The notes under the pieces are model-generated. The model was not told the origin of the DNA and did not search any database. It saw only the letters and a program-made list of their open reading frames with translations. Shown here piece by piece: positions 18,348 through 28,338 of a stretch of 64,000 nt of DNA. Both the position numbers and the translations under genes were made by a program. Source of the stretch: an uncultured Verrucomicrobiae bacterium (GTDB taxonomy: Bacteria; Verrucomicrobiota; Verrucomicrobiia; Limisphaerales; Palsa-1400); contig CAVXRD010000004.1 of NCBI GenBank assembly GCA_963764165.1, positions 448,001 to 512,000 on the forward strand, given 5' to 3'. Positions within the stretch are counted from its first letter, which is position 1; each line of letters begins with the position of its first letter.

Positions 18348-18611
18348 GGGCAACGACGTCTGGCTCGGATCCCAGCGCGAAAAGGAAATCGGCTGGCTGC
18401 AGGCGCGGATGAAGGAGACGCCCGACGGCAAACAAAAGATGCGCCTGGCGCGGGAAGCGCGGTCGCTCCGGCACGGCACGGACATTTTGCGGGGCGGCCG
18501 CGACTACGACTTTAGCTCGGCGCTGCGCGGAGTGCGGCTGCCGGCGGTTCACTGACCCGCCTTCGCCGAAGCTTCGGCGCGGCGAGCAGTAGAGAAGAAA
18601 ATAGAAATTTT

Positions 18612-19565
18612 ATGGCAACATTAAGCGCAGCGGAAATTCTGGCGGACACACTGGACGCCTTCAAAACGGAAGTGCCGATTCTCTCGGCGGTTTCCACCGA
18701 CCTTTCGAGCGCGCGCGCGGTCAAGGGTTCGCAGATCATCGCGCACATTTCGGTTTTGCCGACCGTGCAGGCGTATGACCCGGTGACAGGTTTCGCCAAC
18801 GGCGCCACGGACGCCAGCAACCTCTTGCAGGACGTGCCGGTGACGATGAACTACTTGCCGCACGTCCCGACCGACGTCACTTACCTGGATACGATCGCGT
18901 CGCAAAAGGATTTGTACAAGGAGGCGATTCGCAATTCCACGTACGTCCTAGGAAAGAACGTCGTCGATACGCTGCTTGGTTTCATCAACGGCCCGGGCGG
19001 AAACAATTTTTCCAACAAGTATCTCGCCTCCCTGGCGAATACCACTTTGGACACCGTCGAAGCCGTGAGGTCGCTCTTGAACACGAACCACGCCGCGACT
19101 GTGGGCCGCTTTGGAATCGTCAGCACCGGGTTTGCCCAGGCGCTGCAGGAAGATCAACGCACAATGAGCGCGCTGTTCTACTCGCAGCTCAACGGCGACA
19201 ACGCGCTGCGCCGCTTTCAGCGCATCGGCGGTTTCAGCAACATTTGGGAATACCCGGATATGCCGAACAACGGCATCAATCTGAGCGGCGCGTTTGCCGA
19301 TCGCCGGGCCTTCACCGTGGCCACCCGCATTCCGACGCTGGGCGCTTTCGCCGGCAATCCGCTCAACGCGCCGATGACGGCCGCGTTCGAAGTCGTCGAG
19401 GATCCCGACAGCGGCCTGTCGCTCCTGGGCATCGTGTGGATTACCAACGGCACGTTCAACATGAACATGACGCGCACGTTCCTGTTCGGCATAAGCGCTG
19501 GCAATCAGGGCACTGGCAACGGCCAGAAGACGGACAACGCTTTGGTCTACACGACCACGGCCTAA
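18612..19565 (+). CDS. Major capsid protein
   Basis: 317 aa in the canonical position; AT-rich leader; HK97/P22-coat-like pattern (RFGIVS..IGGFSNIWEY..AFTVATR). Confidence 0.8.
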   Translation: MATLSAAEILADTLDAFKTEVPILSAVSTDLSSARAVKGSQIIAHISVLPTVQAYDPVTGFANGATDASNLLQDVPVTMNYLPHVPTDVTYLDTIASQKDLYKEAIRNSTYVLGKNVVDTLLGFINGPGGNNFSNKYLASLANTTLDTVEAVRSLLNTNHAATVGRFGIVSTGFAQALQEDQRTMSALFYSQLNGDNALRRFQRIGGFSNIWEYPDMPNNGINLSGAFADRRAFTVATRIPTLGAFAGNPLNAPMTAAFEVVEDPDSGLSLLGIVWITNGTFNMNMTRTFLFGISAGNQGTGNGQKTDNALVYTTTA

Positions 19566-19600
19566 CGCGCAGACGGCGCAACGCATCTCGGAAAGCAAAT

Positions 19601-20251
19601 ATGTATATCGCAGTTGGATTTCCAAGCAGCGCCCGTGAAGACGGGGCTGAGGTGCTGTACGCCGGACAAGACAAAGGCGCGATGCTCAAGGCGATTGATG
19701 CCGCGATCGCCTCCAAGAAATTTCAACTGATCGGGAAGCTGCTCAGGCCGCTGTTTCAGAAACACACCATGACGCCCGGCGTGCATGTGATTGTCGATTG
19801 CAGCCCGGCCCACAACGCAGGTTTGAAAGCGCAAAGCGCGGCCCTCGCCTCCGGTGCGACTGCTGAGGAAGCGGCGTCCAAAGGCGCGAGCGTCAAGCTC
19901 GATGCCGCCAAAGCCAACGCCCTCTCGCTTGCCAAGCTCGCGGAGGACGAGCGCGGAAAATTTGCAAATTTGCAACGGGAGTGGCAACGCCAGATCGCGG
20001 CCGCCCCGGGTGACAACCGGCTCAAGGTGCACATCGGCCATTTGGAAACGCGGGCAAAAAATGTCGTGGACTCCGCGATAACGCTGGCGACGGAAGCAGC
20101 CGAACGCGCGACCGCCGCCGAGAAAGATTTAGCAGTCAAACAGAAAGCCGCCGAAGACGCGAAAGCCGCTGCCGAGAAAGCCGCGGCGGAAAAGGCGGAC
20201 GCAGAAAAAGCCCAAGCCGAGGTTGAATCCAAAGGCAAAAAGAAAAAGTAA
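19601..20251 (+). CDS. Phage hypothetical protein (Ala/Lys-rich C-terminus)
   Basis: ORF after capsid ending in AEK repeats and KGKKKK. Confidence 0.7.
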   Translation: MYIAVGFPSSAREDGAEVLYAGQDKGAMLKAIDAAIASKKFQLIGKLLRPLFQKHTMTPGVHVIVDCSPAHNAGLKAQSAALASGATAEEAASKGASVKLDAAKANALSLAKLAEDERGKFANLQREWQRQIAAAPGDNRLKVHIGHLETRAKNVVDSAITLATEAAERATAAEKDLAVKQKAAEDAKAAAEKAAAEKADAEKAQAEVESKGKKKK

Positions 20252-20252
20252 T

Positions 20253-20879
20253 ATGAAGTCCATTAAAAATTTTGCAGTGATGATCGTGGTGTTGATCGCC
20301 ATGCTGTTTGCCTCATTGCGCGCGCGCGCGCAAGGCGGCGGCAGCGCCCCGCAGAACCTGGGACCGCAGGGCGCCACGACCGTTGTGCTGGCGACCAATT
20401 ATCCTTTCGCCTCGCTGCCAGCCAGTTCCACCAACACGTTTCCGCAGACTTATACGGTCACGAATATTTATTCGAACGTGTTCTCGATTCCGGTCACCTA
20501 CGTGACAAACATCACCACTAACACGGTGACAGGTTATATTGACCTCACCGGCCAGCTCGATCTGGCGATCCAGACTGGTTTTTCATGCACGAACCCCACC
20601 GACGTTTCGAACGTGGTTTGGAAGCTGATGCCGTCCCTCGACGGGGTCAATGCCGATACGACGAACGCCGCCTGGTGGGTCACAAACACCAGCCCGGGCA
20701 GCAATGGGCTTGTGCAGACGACTGTTTTTTCCAGCGCCCAAAAATCAGGCATTGCCGGATTCTTTGTGGGAGAGGTCATCAACCTGAATACGAACCCAAT
20801 TTTCCCGTTCTTGACCAACGCGACCGGCAGCAATTACCAGTTCATGCAGGTACGCGGAACGAAGCCTGTCCGTTATTGA
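20253..20879 (+). CDS. Thr/Asn-rich beta protein with signal peptide (possible decoration protein)
   Basis: MKSIKNFAVMIVVLIAMLFASLRARA/Q has n-, h- and AxA c-regions. Confidence 0.7.
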   Translation: MKSIKNFAVMIVVLIAMLFASLRARAQGGGSAPQNLGPQGATTVVLATNYPFASLPASSTNTFPQTYTVTNIYSNVFSIPVTYVTNITTNTVTGYIDLTGQLDLAIQTGFSCTNPTDVSNVVWKLMPSLDGVNADTTNAAWWVTNTSPGSNGLVQTTVFSSAQKSGIAGFFVGEVINLNTNPIFPFLTNATGSNYQFMQVRGTKPVRY

Positions 20880-20880
20880 T

Positions 20881-21276
20881 ATGACGAAAGTAGCCCTTTT
20901 GCAATTGGCCCAGGCGACCGCCGCAACGGTGGTCACCGGGAGCGCGTCCGCCCTGGCGGCGGATCAGGCGATGGTGAATGCCTTCGTCGGCACCGGCAAT
21001 CCGGCGACGGATTATCCCGGGTTCAAGCAGAGTTTCGGCCGCGAGCTGCAAAGCTACCGCCAAGCTGCACAAGCCGACGCAGCGCCCGCGACCGCACCCG
21101 GCGCAGGCCCGAGGACGCAGGCGATCTCGGCTGAAGTCTTCGCCAAATTGCCGCCTGACATGCAGGCTCGATTGGTGGCGGCCAACCCGGCTCTTGCCAA
21201 TGTGGTTGCGGCTGCGCCCGCGCCTGTATCCGCAACGGCTGCGGCTCCAGTTGCATCAGCGCCACCGGCAGCGTAA
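20881..21276 (+). CDS. Ala/Pro-rich hypothetical protein
   Basis: 131-aa ORF followed by a terminator. Confidence 0.65.
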   Translation: MTKVALLQLAQATAATVVTGSASALAADQAMVNAFVGTGNPATDYPGFKQSFGRELQSYRQAAQADAAPATAPGAGPRTQAISAEVFAKLPPDMQARLVAANPALANVVAAAPAPVSATAAAPVASAPPAA

Positions 21277-21301
21277 GATCATTTTTTGTGTGGGGGGAAT
21301 C

Positions 21302-21340
21302 GCGGGCGGCTTCTGTCGGGAGGCCGCCCGCATTTTTTTT
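21302..21340 (+). terminator. Rho-independent terminator ending the head operon
   Basis: GCGGGCGGC..GCCGCCCGC stem followed by A and T8. Confidence 0.85.
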
Positions 21341-21403
21341 CCAACCCTTGCCGCGCCGAAGCGCCAGCGAAGGCGGGTGCCGCAATTCCGCTGCTAGCTC
21401 AGA

Positions 21404-21727
21404 ATGAGCCCACTCGGCAGCATGCACAATCAGGCGCTTCGCGACTTGGAACGTCTCCTTAAAAATCCACAGTTGAAGTGGCTTGGCTTCCCTTATGTTT
21501 GCGCGCCCTCCACGCTCGAGCGCGGGCAGACCATCGGTTTCGGGGGCCGATTGTATGACGTCAAATTGACACTCACCGTGCGGACGGAAGTTATTAAAGG
21601 CGCGGCCAAACCGTTGGAGTCAGGAAAAGTCATCGAGTATGACGATGAACAATACCGCATCGCCGTCGCCAAGACCGCCTCCACCGGCGATCACATTCGC
21701 TTGACACTCATTGATCCCAACCGATGA
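21404..21727 (+). CDS. Head-tail joining protein (gpFII-like)
   Basis: About 107-aa beta protein, GKVIEYDDEQYRI..IRLTL; TGCCGCAA at 21378. Confidence 0.65.
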   Translation: MSPLGSMHNQALRDLERLLKNPQLKWLGFPYVCAPSTLERGQTIGFGGRLYDVKLTLTVRTEVIKGAAKPLESGKVIEYDDEQYRIAVAKTASTGDHIRLTLIDPNR

Positions 21728-21728
21728 C

Positions 21729-22556
21729 ATGGCCAGCGATATCCAATTCTCGGTCGACATGCAGTCGTTTGGCTCGCAGCTCGCGCGCCTGGCGATGGCA
21801 TCGAGGAGGACGAACAAAGAGGTCCTGATTCAACAGTGCCGGATCATGGCGGTGGATTTAATCAGATCCACCCCGCCGACCGGCAACCGGCCTTTGACCG
21901 AATCTTTTGCCGCCCAAAAGAAAAAAGGCGAAATGTCGGTCGACCGCGATATCACCAGGCTTTTTCAGCCCCTGACGACCATTCGCGCCGTGCTCGATCC
22001 CATGCCGCGGCGCGGCCACTACAAACCGAGCAGGCTCGACTATTTGAAGCATCTCGCGGAACGCGGCCAGTTTCAGGAACTGAGCGAAGCGATGTTTGAT
22101 ATGCAGATTACGGACGAGCGCGTCCCGATCGTCGCCGCCATCACCACGGAAGAGTACCGCGCGGAGTGGATGCTCTTCGCCACGCGCGGGACCGTCAGCG
22201 CAAAGCGGGCCCGCCGCACGCTCGTGTGGGACAGCAGCGCCCTGGCGGTCGTGCGCGAAGAGGTGAAGAAACGCGTCGGCTGGGCCAAAGCCGGCTGGAT
22301 GCCCGCCGCGCGCCACTTGCAGGCGAAACGGCTGCCGGCGTGGATCACCGACAAGAACGCCCCTGGCGGCTTCATTGACGACACCAACGATGCCGACGAG
22401 CCGGCATTCACTTTCATTAACAACGTCAAGTATATTGCATATTTGAACAATGGAAACCGGCTGTTGCTCCGGGTTATTCGCGAACGGCAGCGGGCCATGG
22501 AAATTTCCATTGAGCACGCGCTGGAGCATTACATCGAGGAGTTTAACGCGGCCTGA
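21729..22556 (+). CDS. Neck / tail completion protein
   Basis: Position; TPP..VGWAKAGW..NNVKYI motifs typical of HK97 gp10/gpZ-like proteins. Confidence 0.6.
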   Translation: MASDIQFSVDMQSFGSQLARLAMASRRTNKEVLIQQCRIMAVDLIRSTPPTGNRPLTESFAAQKKKGEMSVDRDITRLFQPLTTIRAVLDPMPRRGHYKPSRLDYLKHLAERGQFQELSEAMFDMQITDERVPIVAAITTEEYRAEWMLFATRGTVSAKRARRTLVWDSSALAVVREEVKKRVGWAKAGWMPAARHLQAKRLPAWITDKNAPGGFIDDTNDADEPAFTFINNVKYIAYLNNGNRLLLRVIRERQRAMEISIEHALEHYIEEFNAA

Positions 22557-22589
22557 CCGCCTCTACCGTAACTCCGGGCCTCGGGCACG

Positions 22590-23627
22590 ATGGCAAAGGC
22601 CCCTTACAGTCCCGAACTGGATACGCTGGAGTTCCGCATCGAGGCGGCGCTGAAAACCTATTTGCTCTCGGTCGGCATCACCGGCAATCCGAACATTTAC
22701 ACCGGTGAAGAGACTGAGGACCGCGAGCTGCCCGCCATCGTTTGTGAATGCCACGGCGGCCCAGAGAATCCTCCCGGAACGAATAATTTTCTTGAGGACG
22801 CCACTGTTTGCATTGTCTCGAATGTTGACGAAACGGAGTCCGACGCGGATCCATTCCCGCCAGCCAGGCGGCTCGTTGAGCAAGTCAAGTATTGGTTGTG
22901 GGATGCTCTTCTCGACAGCAACGCGAATGAGCACTTGCACGAGATATTGACCGCTCAGGTGCCAAACCTTCAGGTGCAAAACCAAATTCAATTTCACGGC
23001 CCGGTCATCGCGATCCACGATCGCAAGATGATCACGGAATTGAAATTCACGATGCAGGCGTATCAGGGCTTCAACGGCGTGGCTGGTCCGGCGCCGGGAT
23101 TTTCGCTCCACACGCTTCTGCCCGTTGCCTGTGGCGTGGCGCAAGGAAGCACGGAATGCCACTGCCCGGCCGGGTCGACGACGATCGGCATTCTGCCAGG
23201 GATCGCCGGGAAAACGTATCAATACACTTTCCTGGTCAGCGGCCTGGTCGAGCTCAAGAGTTACACTGGCGGAACGCAGAGCGGCTTTTTTTACACGGGC
23301 GGTTCCAACGCCAACGATGGCAACGCCAATTCGTACGGACTCGTCGTCACCACGCCCGCTAATGCGCCCAACGTCACCGCCAGCCAAGGCCAGTTTTTCC
23401 TGAACGCGTCCACTGGCGGGGCTGGGAGGTACCAAAACAACGTCGTTCAATACAAAGTGACACTGACAGCTCAGGCGGGACAGGCGATGGTGCTGACCAC
23501 CAATTCATTCGACGGCTTCCAAGCCAGCAACCCCAACGCTCTGACCGTTCCCGGAATCACGTCCCCTGCGCAGCCGTTCAACGGGCAATTTATACGGCTC
23601 GATCTGGTCAACGCGGTGCAGGTGTAG
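22590..23627 (+). CDS. Tail terminator-like protein with C-terminal beta-sandwich extension
   Basis: NIYTGEE..LPAIVCE N-domain; TACCGTAA at 22564. Confidence 0.55.
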   Translation: MAKAPYSPELDTLEFRIEAALKTYLLSVGITGNPNIYTGEETEDRELPAIVCECHGGPENPPGTNNFLEDATVCIVSNVDETESDADPFPPARRLVEQVKYWLWDALLDSNANEHLHEILTAQVPNLQVQNQIQFHGPVIAIHDRKMITELKFTMQAYQGFNGVAGPAPGFSLHTLLPVACGVAQGSTECHCPAGSTTIGILPGIAGKTYQYTFLVSGLVELKSYTGGTQSGFFYTGGSNANDGNANSYGLVVTTPANAPNVTASQGQFFLNASTGGAGRYQNNVVQYKVTLTAQAGQAMVLTTNSFDGFQASNPNALTVPGITSPAQPFNGQFIRLDLVNAVQV

Positions 23628-24501
23628 CCGTTGCGTAACTGAGATCGACGAATTCGAGGTCGGGGTTAAACCACAGCACCGCCTCGCCCACCGTCGACGT
23701 GCATTTCAAAAAGAACTGACAACGGGAAAGTAGGTGCGCCTCAATTAGAACATCCTTGCCGAGGCGGTAGCCATTCAGCGAACGCTTTTGGAACACGTTC
23801 TTGTCCGTCCTGGATCGCACGGAGTTGTAACAAACAATTCGCCCTTCGTAGCGGTGCTTGAACATCTCCAGGTACTGCGCCTGGTCCGTGGCAACGAAAA
23901 TTCTTGCATCTGGATGCGCGGACAGCATCGGATCAATCCGGTCGAAATAATCCTGAGGCTCGATAATCCTCATGGCCCGCGGATTGGCCACGTTGGTGGC
24001 CTTGTCGGTCCCCCGCACATGAACTCCAATCACAAAACGCCCACTCATGTGGCGACCGTGGAACTTGTCAATTTCCTCGCGAATGTGGCTTTTGATTTTG
24101 ACATACTTTTTAATCAGAGCCGCGCCCTTGCTCCTCTGGAGCCGGTACCAGTCTGGATCGTAATCGGCTTTCGCAAAATAAACCCCGTAGGGATAAGGAA
24201 ACACGCTCTCGGGATCTTGGAAGTGGAGATGGTGCAGTTCATCCGCAGTCAGCTCGAACAATTTCCCAGGGACAGCGGCCCGCACATCCTCGTAAGTCAA
24301 CCCGGCCACCGGCTCAAAGTAATAATTCCACATGTTGGAGCCGAAGCGTAAATCATAAAAATCATTGCGACCGCTGCCGGCCCGCTTCCCAAAATAAACC
24401 ACCGGGAAATAGCCGTTTCGCTCGCAAAGAGACAGTTGGTTCAACGCGAAAAGGAGATATCCGAAAAACCCGACATTGTGGCTCTTAAGGGTGATGACCA
24501 T
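23608..24501 (-). CDS. NodZ / O-FucT-like (GT23-type) fucosyltransferase, moron
   Basis: VGFFGYL, NMWNYYFEP, IGVHVRGTDK, IFVATDQ, DVLIEAHLLSRC..STVG. Confidence 0.85.
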   Translation of the reverse strand: MVITLKSHNVGFFGYLLFALNQLSLCERNGYFPVVYFGKRAGSGRNDFYDLRFGSNMWNYYFEPVAGLTYEDVRAAVPGKLFELTADELHHLHFQDPESVFPYPYGVYFAKADYDPDWYRLQRSKGAALIKKYVKIKSHIREEIDKFHGRHMSGRFVIGVHVRGTDKATNVANPRAMRIIEPQDYFDRIDPMLSAHPDARIFVATDQAQYLEMFKHRYEGRIVCYNSVRSRTDKNVFQKRSLNGYRLGKDVLIEAHLLSRCQFFLKCTSTVGEAVLWFNPDLEFVDLSYATATPAPR

Positions 24502-24781
24502 GATCGCGTTGAATTCGGCGCAAGCAGCGATGGAAACGGTCCGCAAACTCTCTTCTTTCCGGAAACGCGAGATAGAGCGAACGGTCGAGGGTTTGAGAGA
24601 GTCGATGGCAAAAGACCCCAGGGCAATGCAGTCGGCGACGAAATACCTCCGCATCCAGCCCGCCGCGATGACAACGGCCGGAAGACGATTTTTAAGAAAT
24701 GTCTTCAACGGGTACCAATGATAGCGATCCCTGGCGGCCCTGTCAGGCTTTAATGTGCCGTAACTTCAACCGTAGGGCGAT

Positions 24782-25195
24782 ATGTCGCTCAACGTTTTTG
24801 GCCAGGCAATCGTCCGCGACGCCGCGACGAACATCGATTTTCTTTCCTCGGGGGCGTATTCGTGCGACGACTCGGATTACTCCCAGGACTTCGGCCGCGA
24901 TGATGTCGAAGGAACATCCGGCGCGCTGGCGTCCGTGCTGGTCAAGCGCCTGATCGAGAAACTCACCATCACGGTGACTCCCATGGGCGCCACCTTCGAG
25001 AACGCGCAGTCCCAGGCTGTTCTTCCTACACCTATGCAGGTCGTGACGCTGTCCGAATCGACCATCGCCAATTATAACGGCACCTGGAATTTCATCTCCG
25101 GTGGCAAGATCAAAAGCAAAAAGGCCGGCGTGACAGTCATGACTTACATGCTGGAGCGTTACGATGGCGCGGCCCTGACGCAAGTCACCACCTAA
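24782..25195 (+). CDS. Major tail tube protein
   Basis: 137 aa preceding chaperone and tape measure; TGCCGTAA at 24756. Confidence 0.6.
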   Translation: MSLNVFGQAIVRDAATNIDFLSSGAYSCDDSDYSQDFGRDDVEGTSGALASVLVKRLIEKLTITVTPMGATFENAQSQAVLPTPMQVVTLSESTIANYNGTWNFISGGKIKSKKAGVTVMTYMLERYDGAALTQVTT

Positions 25196-25207
25196 GCGCG
25201 GCGGTCC

Positions 25208-25822
25208 ATGAGCCCGCCCGAATATCTCTCCGCTTGCATCCCCGAGCCATTCACGGTCCTGGGAATGAAACTGCGTCCGCTCAGCATCGGCCATATTCTT
25301 TTGATGCAGTGGCAGGGGCTTTCCTACGTCAGCGAGAGGCCCGAGCCGCCAACGATGGACGACTTAATTTCGGGATGCCTGATTTGCTCGATGGGATTCC
25401 GGGAATACAAGGAGTTTTTGGAGCGCCAGGATTTGCGCGAAGAGCTGACCCGGCTTGGGCGCGTCTTTAGCTTTGACGAACTTCCGGAAAAATACGCGCT
25501 GTTTCGGGCCTACCTAGACCAAGGAACCGAATCGCCCGAGGTGGAAATACCCGACAGCATTGCCAGCGGGGTTCTCCTCGGCACGCCCTGGCTGCAGAGC
25601 CTCCGCATCTGCCTGATGAGCAAACTGCACGTCAGCAACGAGGAAACATTTGATTATCCATACCGGATGGCGCTCTGGGATTGCTTCTCGGTCCGTGAAT
25701 CCGAAGGCCGCCTTGTCATCAACACTGGCCAAATGGACACGGCGGCTATGCAGGAAAAAATTGAGGTAATGCAGGCGCTCAATCTGGCGTTTCTGGAACG
25801 GCTGGGAGGAATTCCAAAGTAA
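25208..25822 (+). CDS. Tail assembly chaperone
   Basis: VLGMKLRPLSIGH; acidic helical protein before the tape measure. Confidence 0.6.
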   Translation: MSPPEYLSACIPEPFTVLGMKLRPLSIGHILLMQWQGLSYVSERPEPPTMDDLISGCLICSMGFREYKEFLERQDLREELTRLGRVFSFDELPEKYALFRAYLDQGTESPEVEIPDSIASGVLLGTPWLQSLRICLMSKLHVSNEETFDYPYRMALWDCFSVRESEGRLVINTGQMDTAAMQEKIEVMQALNLAFLERLGGIPK

Positions 25823-27154
25823 ATGGGCCTTCACGTCAAAACATCCGTCGACGGCCACGGCTTCGCCGCCGGCCTGAAAAAGATGGAGGAGGACGCCGAG
25901 CATTTCGGCAAAAACCTCTCAGAGAAAATCTCCGGGCATTTCGGAGAAGCAGTCATGGGGGTTATCCCCGGTCTGACTAGCTCCATTGCAGGCGTTTTTG
26001 CGGCGGAAAAAATCAAGGAATCGCTCAAGGAATTTGGCGAGCAGGCCGAACGCATTGAATTTGGCTCCATCCGTCTCAACGTCGATCCAGAAACATTTCA
26101 GCGGCTCGACCGGGTGATGAAAGTCACCGGCGAGACCGCCGAGACGGCCGCGACTGCCTTCGACAAACTGGCTGTGTCCGCCACGAAAATCGAGGACGGC
26201 CGCGACAAGACAGGAGAGCTGCGCCAGGCCTTCGCGGAGCTGGGTGTCACCACGGATGAGCTGGCGAGCAAGGATTACCGCAAAATATTTTTCCAGATCG
26301 CCGAAGGCTTGAAGGATATCGAGCCGAGCAAAGAGCAGATCGCTGCGCTGCGCGAGGTCTTCGGCAAGCAGGGCGATAATTTGCTGCCCGCGTTCAAGCT
26401 TGGTTTTGACAGCGACTACGCCACGGCCGGCGTCCTGGATGAGAAGGAATTGCAGGGCATCAAGGCGGTGAATGATGAATGGCGCAAACAGGGTGCAACC
26501 ACGGCTGGAATGTGGAACACCACGAAACGGGCCGCGCTTGAGGCTGCGTCCGGCCTCGCCCTCATGATCAACCCATTTAGATGGGCACAGAATTTGGGCA
26601 CGCCTGATGAGGACGGATACCACCAAAAATTCATGGCCGAGGAAGCCAAACGCCTCGCCGAGATCACCGCCGAGAAGCGGAAGCAGGCGGCCGCGCAGGA
26701 AGCGCTGCATGAGGCGAATAGGAAATCGGACGAAGCGGATCGCAAGAAAGCCGCCACGATCGACAAGGAGACGGAAGCGCTAAAGGAGCGCAACCGGATC
26801 GCCGCCATGACGCCTGAGGAAAAGCGGCTTTATTTGCTCGATCAAATCCGGCAGATGCAGGGCGAACTGGATTACGGCGCCGGAAACAGCCGGGCGGATG
26901 ACGCGACGTTGCGCAAAAAAATTGCCGAAGCGCAGCATGAAATTTCGCAGCTCGACAAGGTTAAGCCGAAGGCCGTCCACGAACATCTTTCTCATCTAGG
27001 CAACCAGGCCATCGGCGGAATCATGATGGGACACGACCGGCTAAACGAGATGGCCGCGCATACGCGCCGGTCGGCGGAACACCTCGCGAGCATCGACAAG
27101 AAAATGGCCGCGCGGCAGCCGTCCGGCCGCACGCAGCATCACGACCTGCCGTAA
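25823..27154 (+). CDS. Tape measure protein (short, 443 aa)
   Basis: VDGHGFAAGLK start, RLNVDPETFQRL, AFAELGV, VFGKQG..LLP helical repeats. Confidence 0.8.
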   Translation: MGLHVKTSVDGHGFAAGLKKMEEDAEHFGKNLSEKISGHFGEAVMGVIPGLTSSIAGVFAAEKIKESLKEFGEQAERIEFGSIRLNVDPETFQRLDRVMKVTGETAETAATAFDKLAVSATKIEDGRDKTGELRQAFAELGVTTDELASKDYRKIFFQIAEGLKDIEPSKEQIAALREVFGKQGDNLLPAFKLGFDSDYATAGVLDEKELQGIKAVNDEWRKQGATTAGMWNTTKRAALEAASGLALMINPFRWAQNLGTPDEDGYHQKFMAEEAKRLAEITAEKRKQAAAQEALHEANRKSDEADRKKAATIDKETEALKERNRIAAMTPEEKRLYLLDQIRQMQGELDYGAGNSRADDATLRKKIAEAQHEISQLDKVKPKAVHEHLSHLGNQAIGGIMMGHDRLNEMAAHTRRSAEHLASIDKKMAARQPSGRTQHHDLP

Positions 27155-27171
27155 TACCGCAGTCATGGTGT

Positions 27172-27546
27172 ATGAATATAACACCTGAACGGATTGCGGA
27201 CGCGATCGCTCGCGGCCTCTGCGCAAGATGTTTGCGCCGCAAACATCGTCCCGGCATGCGAACGTGCAGCTATTGCGGCCATCTGGACGCGGCACACAAA
27301 AAAAGCCACGTCGAGAGACTGAAAAAGAAAGGCGGCTGTTTCCGCTGCGCACGGCCCGCGCTGCCTGGGCGTAAACGTTGCGAGCCATGCACCATATTTC
27401 ACAATGCCTATTGCGTCGCGAAGAGAAAATCATGGAAGGCGGCTGGGCTTTGCACGGGCTGCGGAAAGGGCACGCCTGCCGAGGGCAAGACCAGATGCCA
27501 GCGGTGCATAGACTGCGGCGCGCGCCGCAAGCGGTCGATGCCGTAA
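27172..27546 (+). CDS. Basic multi-CxxC protein
   Basis: Six CxxC pairs in repeated GLCxxC..RCxxC units. Confidence 0.75.
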   Translation: MNITPERIADAIARGLCARCLRRKHRPGMRTCSYCGHLDAAHKKSHVERLKKKGGCFRCARPALPGRKRCEPCTIFHNAYCVAKRKSWKAAGLCTGCGKGTPAEGKTRCQRCIDCGARRKRSMP

Positions 27547-27564
27547 GTACGCCCCAGAGTCACA

Positions 27565-28338
27565 ATGGCAGCACAAAGCGAATGGGGCCAGGCCGGCCCA
27601 ATTGAAACGTACGCGGACAGCTCCTACGATCCCATGTCAGGCTGGGAGCAGGAGCAACGCTGGACCGGCTTCCCGGCCGACATCGTCGCCCTCGGCAATT
27701 CATTCATCGCCGCCGGATGGAAAGCCCGCGTCGAAACGACGAACAGCCAATGGAGCCGCCTCATTGTCTCCATCCCCAACAACGGAACCGACGATTACAT
27801 TGATCGGTGGGAATTCAGCATTGGCTTCAAGCAGCAGGATTTGTTTCTCAATATTGGCGTTAACGCCTACCTGCAAAACGCCGGGCTTACCGATGCGCAA
27901 ATCATTGACCTGCGCACCGTGCTCAAACCCTATCTTGATGCGAACACTGGCAACGCAGCCGTGACGGTCGCGCAAGGCGCGGCGTCCGGCGCAATTTACC
28001 AGATGCTGCAGATGGGCCAGGAATTCGTCGAAGTCGCGCAGCCGACGATTTCGCGCAAGCGAACGTACGGATACAACTTCGCTGGCACCATCATGGCGAC
28101 GCGGGTGACGCAGGATGTTTGGAGCACGTCCGCTCTGATCGCCGCCTTCGGAATTCCCTCACAGGTCTCCGCGCAAATTTCGCCCGATCCCAGCGCGCCG
28201 CCGGTCACAAATTTCGCGTTCGGATGGAAGATGCGCAAAAACAATTTGGTGATCATTCCAGCCAAAAACAAAATCGAGGAGCAGCTCGAATGGGAATGGG
28301 ACCAGTGGTCGACCATCGCTTACAATTATATTTCCTGA
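27565..28338 (+). CDS. Tail tip / distal tail protein
   Basis: Position after the tape measure; TGCCGTAA at 27539. Confidence 0.55.
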   Translation: MAAQSEWGQAGPIETYADSSYDPMSGWEQEQRWTGFPADIVALGNSFIAAGWKARVETTNSQWSRLIVSIPNNGTDDYIDRWEFSIGFKQQDLFLNIGVNAYLQNAGLTDAQIIDLRTVLKPYLDANTGNAAVTVAQGAASGAIYQMLQMGQEFVEVAQPTISRKRTYGYNFAGTIMATRVTQDVWSTSALIAAFGIPSQVSAQISPDPSAPPVTNFAFGWKMRKNNLVIIPAKNKIEEQLEWEWDQWSTIAYNYIS

